This document shows, piece by piece, positions 1-10,743 of a stretch of DNA of 64,000 nt. Below the pieces are notes generated by a model. The model saw nothing but the letters and a program-made list of their open reading frames with translations, did not search any database and was not told the origin of the DNA. Source of the DNA: Balanoglossus misakiensis (taxonomy: Eukaryota; Animalia; Hemichordata); NCBI GenBank assembly GCA_040954595.2, contig CM082580.2, forward strand, positions 4,764,783-4,828,782. Reading direction: 5' to 3'. Each line of letters opens with the position of its first letter. Position 1 is the first letter of the stretch. The translations under genes were made by a program, and so were the position numbers.

Positions 1-3000
1 AAAACTTGTTCACACACAGGCTTTTATTTCACAGAGATGCAACATTTCAATAAATATCGGTAGAACTGACCACAGTGATCGAGAGTTTACCATTTAAAAG
101 ATGATTCTTCAAAAAAAAGCCTGAAACACATCATAATTTTCTATTTAATGTGCAGTGTGATATATTGCAGGTTTATGGGAAGACACCTGTTACAGCTGTG
201 ACCATAGACATTGCTATACACATAACCATCAATCAACAAGTTGAAAAGCATTTATTCAAAGATGCAAGTCAGCACAAGCTGCACTTCTTAACAGAATCAC
301 CTTTTCTTTCATGTACGCATGATAGGAGTTTAGAATTTCAGCCATTACAGTACGTGTACCTAAATTTCACCACAATGCAAAAATACTTCTTCAACACAGT
401 ATTGATAAGATGCCATGCAGGAGAGAGAAAAAACAAAGGTAAGGGGGCCTTCCAGAAGATTGATTTTCACCACAGGGGCAGCAGTGATGATCTCTCTGAT
501 TCAGATACACTATGGAGGCAATTTTATATCAGAGCTTTTTAGTTTGTCTTACGCTAGTTGATCAATCAAACAAAGAATCCAGACTCTTGACTCTTGACCT
601 ATTACTTCACAAGTCATCTCACAGATAGTGCCAACGTTCTTTCTATAAACAATCGACATGTAACCTACATTTCTAAGGTAGTTTAGCACAACTGAAACAA
701 AACAAAGGTGATTGATCTGTGAAAACTTGTCCAGCATACTGAATTGCACTGCATGTTTAACACTCAGCTACATCATCGTAACATGACAATTTAATGATAT
801 GCACACGTGGTAGGTATTGCCTCTCCTGGATGAAAAAATCAAAAACTCACTTTTTCAACTATATGTCTGTCAAACATGGCTGACAGAGACAAAGGTCAAA
901 AGAATTTATGTACCAAAACATTGCTTGTTATGTTAAAAATGACATCATGACATATGAAAGAACAGGTGACATGTCTGCAGAAATAAAAAAAATAGATAAA
1001 AGGAAACAGAAAAGGGAACAGTTGTATATGACTATGACACTGCCTTCAAAGAAACTTGACATTACTGACTTCAGGAAATTATCTGTCCATTGTTTTCAAC
1101 ATTTTCCAGGGAATGCAATTTTTCCATGTCGATCCTAGATCTCAATTTACAGAGATGATTGCAGGGCATGGAGAGACATTTGAAACTGTTCACGATTTGA
1201 TGTTTTAATTCAAGCATTTTGTGGTAACATGAGAAATGAGGATGCTACAAATTTGGCGAGTACGAGCTCAGACCATTAGCATAATTCAGTTGCTATGGGG
1301 GACTAATTGCAGATTTGTAATTGTGCATTATCATCTTCCCATCATTTCTATAGAAAAGGTTGGATCTGATTTCAATTTTTACTGTCTTTGCACACACACA
1401 AAAATAGGTAAGCAGTGGAAAGCAAGTATCATCATAACCAATTCTTGTGACTGACAGCTTGCTTCTCTGCCATGAAGTGTATCCCTCATTGTTTTGGAGC
1501 AACTTTCAATATTAGAAAGTGAATAGAATTTTACCTGGGTTCCATAAATATGGTTCAACCGATAACTACAGTCACCATACAGTTTGTGTAAGGTTATAAA
1601 TTTTGTTGAAGTTTCATTTGTAGATGAACTCTTTTTTTTGTTTAATTAATCATTAAGAGTCAATACACATCTGCTTGCTTATGATAGTAAACATGCAATT
1701 GCGTCCAAAAATATATGTGAAACAACATCATGTGAATTCCAGTCTACCGGTAGAAACAAACACTGCAGAATACACTTATAATACCAGATTTTTAAAAACA
1801 TATCACAGATGATCCAGTTTTTTTTCAAGGTCATGTTCTACTTTGCCATGGGACCTCAGTTGTGTTGGTTGGCTGGCTGGCTGACAGATGACATCATTAT
1901 TTGTCTATTCAAAGGCAAAGACACTGACATGACTTGTTGACAATATGACCACCACACAATGATTTTTACCAATCAAGCTGGAGTACAGCCCACCTCCCGC
2001 GACTGTTAAAGGCTCACCCCTCAAAGATTGTCAAAGAACACAAAGGAAAGATCTTATTAACTCGATAAATGGCAGGATACAGGCACAAAGGCTACCTAAT
2101 CATGACAGCTTTACACAACAGCTAATTGTTCAACTTGCACATAATATGCCACTTCTCATTTTCCTCACGACATCCCACTTTTACAATTAGGAATACAGGC
2201 TCTGTTTGAAATATGAATTTTCTACCAATAGAAATGTGTTTTTTCATGCACACATGATATGAAGGAGCTAGTATCAGTCAGATTTATGATTACAGATCAC
2301 AATATTCCAAAACAAGGTGATAAATATCACAGACAAGAATTTGGCATCTAGCGAGAAACTGCATTTTCTCTTTCATATTATTTTACAGGCCATACTTCAA
2401 CAGAAGGCTACAATGTTGCAATCTAAACGCCTGTTTGTTTTTGTCTACCATTTCTATCAGTAACTTGTAATTGTAACTGTGTGGCTAATTGCCATAAAAC
2501 ACACAATGGCAATTAGCAAAGTTCACAGCTGATTAACAATTCCAAAGCAACACTTTCTAATTTAAATACCGTCAACATGGGCTAAAACAAAGCATGGGAT
2601 AAATTACTCTTTTTAACGAGTGGATTTCCCCCCCAGTAATACACATTATGCACTTGATGATTCTGCAATCTGGGTCAAAAGGCATGGGGGATAAGCACGG
2701 GCCTCTAACTGTGGTGGGCCCAAGGAGGGAAAACTCCTGATTGTTTCAATTGACACTGAAAGGCCATTTCAGGTGACACTCGAAACAATGCATACACCAA
2801 ACTCTTTTGTGTTCAACAATTTGCCACATTTTGTGTTTTGATTTGTAAAGCTAACAAGAACACAGAGGAGTGCAGTGAGGCATGGTGACTTCTTTACATC
2901 GGGGGAGGAGGAGGCTGTTTTAGTGATTAACTTCCACCCCTTTCTTTTCAGGGAAAGGCACACACACTGATGACCCAGCATTTCCTTGTCAAGGTCAGGA

Positions 3001-3261
3001 CATACCCTACCATGACTCATACCCCACCCCGGCAACTCCATCAATAGTCGTCTGCTCAAAAAAAATATCTCGTGACTCAGTGACATGGGCCAATCAGGCA
3101 TGCAAGCCACATTTGCAGAATAGCGACCATGGCCGTGACAAAATGGGTCAAGTGTACGTGAATTTCATCACCTATGAAAAAGGGGAGCCCCTTCTACGAT
3201 GCACAAGTTGAAAGATCCATATATTGAACACTTCAATTCATGGTAATGAATTCTCACTTAC

Positions 3262-4850
3262 CTCGGCGATTTTCAGGAATCTTCCCCTCCAGTTCTGCTT
3301 GACATCTAGATAAAACCTCTTGGACTGAATATGGAGGGTTTTTGTTGCCAATTCCTGAACGCCTGCTAAAATCATTCAAGAATGGGTTTTTTTTTATGTC
3401 AGAATGGGCGAAGCATGAGCCATAACATTTGTAATGATTTTATCCTCAATGTCAATGTCAAAATATGTTTATGACCAACGGAAATGCAGTCGATAAAGTC
3501 AAATCAAGTCCTTGTGTGGTAAAATTTAACATTGTATAATGCTAACATGAATTTCCATGGTAATTTCTGTGTTTGTTGCACTAAAATTAGTAAAAAGCAA
3601 AGAACCACACAATTGCATTGACAGTGACACTGTTTTGACGTAGCGATAGCGGTTACATGGGCCAAACACCCTTTTTATTGCAATGACGTGCTTATGCGAA
3701 CCAAAAAATAGATAATTGAACAATTTCAAGATCATCTGTGTCAATCGAAAGATGGCCGACAACCACCACATCTCCAAAACAGTCAGACATATTGCATTCG
3801 TGTCGACTAAGTATTGCATACTGGCGTTGACGTGAAAAACTCGAAACATCCGTTTGCAACGCACGTAATGCAAGAAAGTAATAACAATGGCATTGCAGAG
3901 GCAGTGCCCACTTGCTCTGTATAGTTTCAATAAAAATGCGCTGACCTCGGAAATTTAAAGGACTACCTGGGAAAAAAAGCATAGCTACGCCGGTATGGGA
4001 AAATTTCACCTTCAGCCAAATGCGTCCGCAGATCAACAAAACGCAACTTCTTTCACGAGAAATTGGCAACAGAAAAAAGCGACCTTGACTAATGACATTT
4101 TTTACTTTAAAGTTTGCGTCAATTTTTTGCCAAATTTGGAAGGCGTATATATTTTTGACTGGGCAGGTGTTATATCAAATCAGTTTATTTTTTTACAACC
4201 GCGACACTGAATGACAGCGGGGCTCTGACAGCTATTTTCTGGTTTTTGACATCTTTCCAGGCAATGTTTGAAAATAAACGAGACTTTAAGCTTTATTTTA
4301 AAGCACAATCGCTCATTTACCAGTTGGATTCGCCCGAAAATTGACCGAATATTGGTTCATAATGCAGTTTGATTTTATTCCTCCGAGCAGTTTAAAGCCC
4401 GCAATGGTCTATGGATTCTCGTAGTTAAAACGGTCCCTCCCCATTTTTCACAAAATCAATAGAGACGGGCGCCTACCACATTCAGACCGGCTTATTCCGA
4501 CATATTCACCAAACCACAAGCTGGCATTCAGCATCAAATTAACCGCAACCACCTATTTTCTATGTCCGACGAGGAATTTCGGGGTGACATTGAAACGAAC
4601 GCCAATTTTACACGGATTTTTCATTTCGGAAGACACCGTCATATGCATGCAGCCATTTTGAACAAGTAGCCAACATACACGGCTCCACAAACATCGCCAT
4701 GTAACTCGACTAAAAATGGATGATTTTCGACAAAATCTTGCAGAAATAATCCTTGACTATCTTGCTACAATATGCACTATTTTTTCTAAAAATATTTGTT
4801 GATTTACCTTGTGCTATAGGCTGTTCATCGCCGCTTTCCCGGTCCGACAT
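3262..4850 (-). CDS. PURA: Pur-alpha (PUR family ssDNA/RNA-binding protein), 5' part; gene continues beyond left edge
   Basis: Exon 1 4850-4808 ([14 protein letters not shown]+G, donor GTAAAT) splices in phase 1 to exon 2 3362-3262 (acceptor TTTTAGCAG, donor GTAAGT). Product: [48 protein letters not shown], which matches the PUR repeat I signature [32 protein letters not shown] and the M[SA]DRxSGxEQ-type N-terminus. No further exon recognised in 1-3261. Confidence 0.93.
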
Positions 4851-4904
4851 ATTGAGCCTTTCCTGGTTGCAGACAATCTCCACCTTCACCGGCCTCGCTT
4901 TCAT

Positions 4905-5123
4905 CGGCTAATAAATATTCATAAATTCCTGCATGGTAATTATATAATTTGCATAAAGCTACAGCTCAGCACCGACGTCGTGACGTCAACAATAGGACGT
5001 TTCTGATTGGGCAAGAGTCGGTAGTAACGAACGCAGAACACGCTGAGTGTACTGCAAACCAAACTTTATAGAACTTTTCATTATTACAGGAGATGTAACG
5101 ATTGATTTAATATTTCCGATAAA
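4905..5123. promoter_or_regulatory. Bidirectional promoter between PURA-like and the uncharacterised gene
   Basis: The divergent ATGs are 273 bp apart (4850 and 5124) in a CpG-rich patch. Perfect CRE TGACGTCA at 4981-4988, preceded by palindromic CGACGTCG at 4973-4980. Inverted CCAAT (ATTGG) at 5006-5010. RFX-like GTCGGTAGTAAC at 5017-5028. Confidence 0.7.
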
Positions 5124-7890
5124 ATGTCAAACAGGACGTTTAAAACTACAGAAAAGTGAGTATATCGCCCGCAAATATTCAAGTTTAGAAATTGTTTCTG
5201 TAACACTTCTGTACATGTATCAGTTCTAGCATATATCATGAAGTTGCTAGTTTGACAATTGGCTTTGCGTGTTGTTTTTGCAAATTATTGCTTTTTGTTA
5301 TAAACATTCATTTGATTCTTTCATTTAAAATTAGTCTTACCATTTAAATATTAATTTCAGTACTTATTTATTTGTTTGTTTATTTATTTATTTATTTTAT
5401 TCAGTGTTTTTTTCTATTTGTGGAAATTGTTTTATATCTGAAGAATGCAGCTTTGGGGATTGTGGTAGACTATACTGGAAAATCAATTTGATCTCTCTGA
5501 ATACTGCTATTACTTGTATTAGTACAGATATGATAAAATTCACTTTTATATTTTGTTGATGATGTTTTTAGAATTATCAAACCAAGATACAGTGCATGCA
5601 ACCTACCCTGTGAGTACAAGAGAAACTTTGAGTCTTCCTCCAAAGAACAACTGCTACGTTGTACAACTACAACTGGGAGACAACGGAATGGATCACCATG
5701 GCAACAGTTGGCATGGGCAACAAGAGTGAAAAGAGGCACAGCATTAAAGGGTCATCGTTGTGGTCAGATACGAAGACATCTGTCTATGAGTGATGTCTTT
5801 GACAAATTATCAACTAAAACTATGTTCGATGATCATTTGAAGAAGGTAGGCTGAACGTGGTAACATAATTTTATGAACAATATAGCCACTAAATGGAATC
5901 ATACCGTCATTTTTCTTGGATTATATAAGAAAAGCTGTTTTGGAGAAATCTCCATGATAATTATGATACTGGTACATGTATATAAATGGTAAAATACTGT
6001 TGCCATGACAATCCTCAACTTCATCAATTTTCAGAATTGTTTATTAGGGCTTACAAAATTAATGAAAAGGTTTTTATAAACATTTTAGTGAACACAACAA
6101 AGAAATTATCGGAAGAATGTAATGTATGCTACATATAGCAGTTAAGGCCAGGCAGGAAAAAAAATCCAGTGCATCAGTGTAATAACAAGCAAACATTTCA
6201 ACAATACATGTACTTTCATTTAACTGAATAACAAATTAATGTGAGTACTGTGGGATAGAAACAAACACATCATTTTCATCAGACTTATTCAATTCAGTTA
6301 TTTACAAGACACCAACAATAGAAATCAGTGATATGGGAAAAAATGTGTATTGTAACCAATTTTGCAGCATTTCTTACATAAATAGCAAAAAATTTTACCA
6401 TAAATTGCAAATTGTGGTTTATTCTGCTTATTTTAATTTTGGGTCACTTTTTTCTAAATTTTATACAGGACCTAGGAGGCTGGCCATACTGTAGTAACAT
6501 TCACGTTGACCAGTATTACAGTCCCTTTGACAAAAACATGCCAGTGATCATCAAACGTCCGCACACGAGCGCATCGTCGTCCAGGCCCAGCTTCGAGGAG
6601 ATGCCTGTCAAGCAACGGAGCTCAAGCAGCCAGGACAGGAGACTGGGAAGTGGCAAGGAGGAGTGGCAAGAACCACTGCCGCTGACCCCGATATCTTACG
6701 ATTTCAAACACTTCAAACATTCGCGACAATATGCAGATCAGTATAGGTGAGATTCTAACAATATTTCACCACTATGGTTCAGTTCATACCCATTGTTTTC
6801 TATGATAAGGTTGGCCCTCTGAAGAGGGAACTGGGGGTGAAATTATACATCACCTGTTGAAATATAACCACAGTCACCACGGAAAGGGGGTGCCTATTCC
6901 ATTGCAGAGTTTCACATGCATGGTCATTAAATGATGTGGACATATTACCCCTTAAAGGCACGTAAGCTGCAACTGGATAAAAAATTAAAGTTTTAAATAA
7001 TCTCATATATGCTTTTAATTATGTCTATTAAATGCTATTTCATGATAATATATCAAGCTCAACACTTATTTATGACAAAATGGCCAAAAATTAAAGAAAA
7101 ACGAAAATTCCTGCAATTTTAAAAAAAGTGCAATATTGCAATGAAAAATGAAAATCTGATGTCTCAGTGGTGTACATTTACTTCCATGAGCTCAAGTGGA
7201 TGAGATCATGTTTTGTTTATGAAGTTTCACAACCGGAAATGCAACATTTTCATTGTTTCTTGCATTTTCCCACGGTGGCGGCCATAATCGCTTGCGGCAA
7301 AGGTTTATTATTTATCTGGTTAAAACTTGCATATGCACTCATATTTAGGGTTTATAATGCTTGTGTATTGTCCACTACCTTCATCTGCATGGACTAATGG
7401 TAGTGCAGTTTGAAACAAAAATTATGAAAATTATCCCAAAAGTTACAGCTTACGTGCCTTTAACCACAAAAGGGCTTATGTTGTATCCCTTTAAAGGACC
7501 ACAGCACCAATGTTTACCTTTTTACATACATTTTAAATTTACAGACCAATTGTCAGATTATAACTACCCGGTAGAACTTATCCATTCATGTTATGCACTG
7601 ATAACCATTTGTTATAGAAACACTAATCAGTGAAATGATTTTTTTTTCAACAGAGAGGAGTACACCTATACTAAAATGAAAGTGAAGAAAGGAAAAATTG
7701 AGTGTCTATCTGGAACCAGTCTGCCCAAAGCCAGACTTGTCTGTCTGAATTCAGTGCAAGGGGTCCGTGCCCTGACATTACTTGGAAAATCGGCGTTGCC
7801 AGCTAGTGGAAAGAGTCAAGAGGTAAGCAACTGGTTCTTCTAAACTTTTAGCACTATTTCTTATATCATCATCATCATCATCATTATCAC

Positions 7891-7934
<44 letters not shown>

Positions 7935-8019
7935 CCACCACCACCACCACCATCATCACCATCACCACCACCACCATCATCATCATCATTATCATCATCA
8001 TCATCATCATCATCGTCAG

Positions 8020-8058
<39 letters not shown>

Positions 8059-10096
8059 TAATATTTTCCTAAAAGCATGCTCTAATTTGTATGTGTTCTG
8101 TATAGTAAAAAGAAATTATCGATCACATTTCACAAGCTCTTTGCAAATTTCAATTTTAGCCAATATACATGTACTATGAAGACAATTAACTCATTACAAA
8201 TATTTGAAATGATCTTGTCATTTCAACTATGTACTCTTCAAAATAAAATAGAAAGTTCAATTTCGGATACTCTGCTGAACTTGAATTGAAATCAGACAGG
8301 CAGTGAGAAAAGAATATGACTTACTGTAACATGAACGTACTCTGCGTTGGTATAATAAAAGATTTCTCAGGGCTACTGAAGTGTTGATTAGCTCTCAAGA
8401 GAACAGCCACTGGCTTGGAGATGCTCTTATTCTTACTAGAAATAGCTTATTTTCATAGAAATCAATTATGCAAGGAGACCAAAATGAGTCATTAACTGCT
8501 GTCGATCAAAACGGCCCACTCTGATTTCAAGTACTACATTGTATTTTATTCCATATGTCACAGTAAAAAAAAGAAAGATCTATAATTTTTGATATCTAAA
8601 TTTATATATGTAAATGCATTAGATATTGATATCATCAGCTGACAATTGTCTTCGTCAGTTTTGTGTTCAAATAACGTATGATCCCTATATATTGCCATAC
8701 TGAAACTTATTTGATTTTTAATGGATAGCAACCATTGTACCCCCCTTTTTTAGACATACCAGTAGTCATTACTTCTTGAGTCATTTCTAGCACTGTCCTT
8801 TCAACTAGGATAGCTTCCTACAGACAATTAGACTTCACCTTCAACTGTATGGGTCTTAAATTAGTCAGGCTCGTAATTTTTATTCCATAAAAGAGGGTCA
8901 GACTTCAGCTTCTGTGACTTAACTATACTTACTCACTTGACAGTTTTTCTACTTTTATAGTCTTTGTATTTTAAGGTCAGCACATTCTGACATAAAATTG
9001 TTTTAATACCCTTTTGCCTAATTTTTTATATCCTTGATGAGACGGCCACTATTGGATTGTGCATAAAAAAAATTGTTGTAAATGTTTATCATTGTGTATA
9101 TGACGACAACTGTCTGACTGCCTTAGAATCATAGAGCAGTAATTGCTTGAAAGTTTATAGTGTTTTTCCCCATTTTTCAATAAATATTTTCCCCCACTAT
9201 CAGTTCATATCTGACTGCATTAAAATTATACTAAATAATCTTTTAACTGTACCACAATAGAAAGTTGATATAAGACATGTACAAATGATTGAAATTGTTT
9301 GATCTGATTCCAGACAGCGAAATCTGACTTTGAAGGCAAGTGGAGACGCTACAAAGACACTAGTACAGAGATTTGCCCGATACCAGAAATCCGATTCATC
9401 AAAATTCCACTGGCAAGAAGGTCAACTCCGTCTATTCCTAGTAATGCCAATGGTAGATTTGCACCAAGACTTACAGGTAAGCAGAATGAATTAAAAAATG
9501 AATCTACTTTTCTAAATTAGATGTAAATTAATAATAAAAAAAAATCAACTCAGAGAGATACCAGTGGTTATAGTTCTTTTTCTATGATCTCCACTAATTG
9601 TCACAGGGTAATGGTTGTAAATGAAATGTATATCTCAGTTTTAAAAAAGGTTTGATGTCAAATGTGTTCAACATACTGTATCATTCAAAAACTTTTAATT
9701 TACTGGGGAAAATATCATTTCTATGATTTATTTTGAATTTAGGTCTCAGACTGTTGAAACTGGATGATTGAATGAATGAATGAATGAATGATCGTCGATT
9801 GATTGATTGATTGATCAATTGATTGATTGAGTGGTTAGTTGGTTGGTTGGTTAGTTGAAAGAATGAATGAATGAACGGAAAAAATGGCAAATTTAATGAA
9901 GGTTCAGTTAATTCATCTGTTAATAGCTTAATTGCTTTAGGTGATGTATTTTGTCATCATCATCAGTTTTGATCTCTTCTTTTCCCTGACAGGTGAAGAC
10001 GAAATCCCTTGTACTCTGGACATCTCCTCGGCCACGAACACAGTGGTCAATCCTGTAGCTGGCAAAGTGCGCACCATCACACTTCTCTGTCATTAG
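5124..10096 (+). CDS. Uncharacterised 339-aa protein, 6 coding exons
   Basis: Exons 5124-5155, 5572-5845, 6469-6746, 7654-7822, 9314-9476, 9993-10096. All introns are GT-AG, phases 2,0,2,0,1 are consistent, and there is no internal stop (1020 nt including TAG). Starts MSNRTFKTTEKIIKPRYSACNLPCEYKRNF, ends PVAGKVRTITLLCH*. AATAAA at 10366-10371. No family recognised. Confidence 0.8.
6764..6842. mobile_element. Diverged piggyBac-like MITE copy (reverse orientation, eroded ends)
   Basis: TTTCACCACTATGGTTCAGTTCATACCCATTGTTTTCTATG...GGGAACTGGGGGTGAAA matches the reverse complement of the family. Confidence 0.65.
6956..7459. mobile_element. Non-autonomous DNA transposon (MITE), Kolobok-like
   Basis: TTAA duplicated at 6952-6955 and 7460-7463. 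TIR AGGCACGTAAGCTG(C/T)AACT with RR..YY termini. No coding capacity. Confidence 0.8.
7865..8057. repeat. (CAT/CAC)n trinucleotide microsatellite, intronic
   Basis: About 190 bp of ATC/ACC units; accounts for the poly-Met ORF 7861..8058. Confidence 0.95.
9763..9875. repeat. Compound tetranucleotide repeat (TGAA/TGAT/TGGT)n
   Basis: Directly visible tandem units. Confidence 0.85.
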
Positions 10097-10365
10097 CTGA
10101 TTACATCCACAGAGTATTTGGGAAGTGGGATTGGATGAGAGAGCCTCAGTGATTCCCTTGGCATCCACTAATTAATACGACTCGCGTTAGAAATGGCCGT
10201 TTACTGGGAGGTCTGCTCGTTGCTCACAATTTCGAAGCCTTGTGATTTTCCATGTTACATCCTGAATGACAAATTTCCATGGCAACTGTTTGTTAACAAG
10301 CTCATTATTATTGCATCTTGAAAGTCCACTGAAGAGAAAATGAGCCAAGCGTTATTTCTAATTAA

Positions 10366-10417
10366 AATAAACAGAACCATAATTGTCTCCCTGGAGTGTC
10401 AATTTTGTCTTTTTTTA
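10366..10417 (+). terminator. Candidate polyadenylation signal of the uncharacterised plus-strand gene
   Basis: AATAAA at 10366-10371, 270 nt after the stop codon, followed by a GT/T-rich tract GTGTCAATTTTGTCTTTTTTT. Confidence 0.5.
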
Positions 10418-10658
10418 ACCAGACATTGCCAGCATCACAAACATTATATTTCCTTTGCATTGAAACATATCAGATTATCAATAGTAATCTAAACATTCTA
10501 GTCTTTTCACTTTCATTATAATATTTCAATTTGAAAGATTTGATGGACAAACAGCTTACGGTACTGCTGATTAATGAACATTTACTGATTTTTTTTGTAG
10601 ATCTGTTTTTCGACCCTTTGTTCACCCATGTCACTTTTACAGATTCTAACCAGTTTAA

Positions 10659-10743
10659 CCCTTTCATCCCTATTTCCCTTTATAAAGATACAGCGTTGCT
10701 ATTAAAAACAATGGAGTTCGACCAAACCATGGTGGTGAAAGTA
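10659..10743. mobile_element. Diverged piggyBac-like MITE copy
   Basis: TTAA-CCCTTTCATCCC...AAAAACAATGG...AACCATGGTGGTGAAAGTA-TTAA. Confidence 0.65.

Noticed and set aside
3622-4209. CpG-rich segment bounded by CAGTG...CACTG, hAT-like
   Set aside because: TIR match is only about 10/13 and there is no 8-bp target duplication. It may be an old insertion but the call is not supportable.
7861-8058. Poly-Met/Val ORF
   Set aside because: It is only the translation of an intronic (CAT)n microsatellite.
10094-10138. TAG-C stop context suggesting readthrough
   Set aside because: The extension would be only 13 codons with no targeting motif, and the context is weak.
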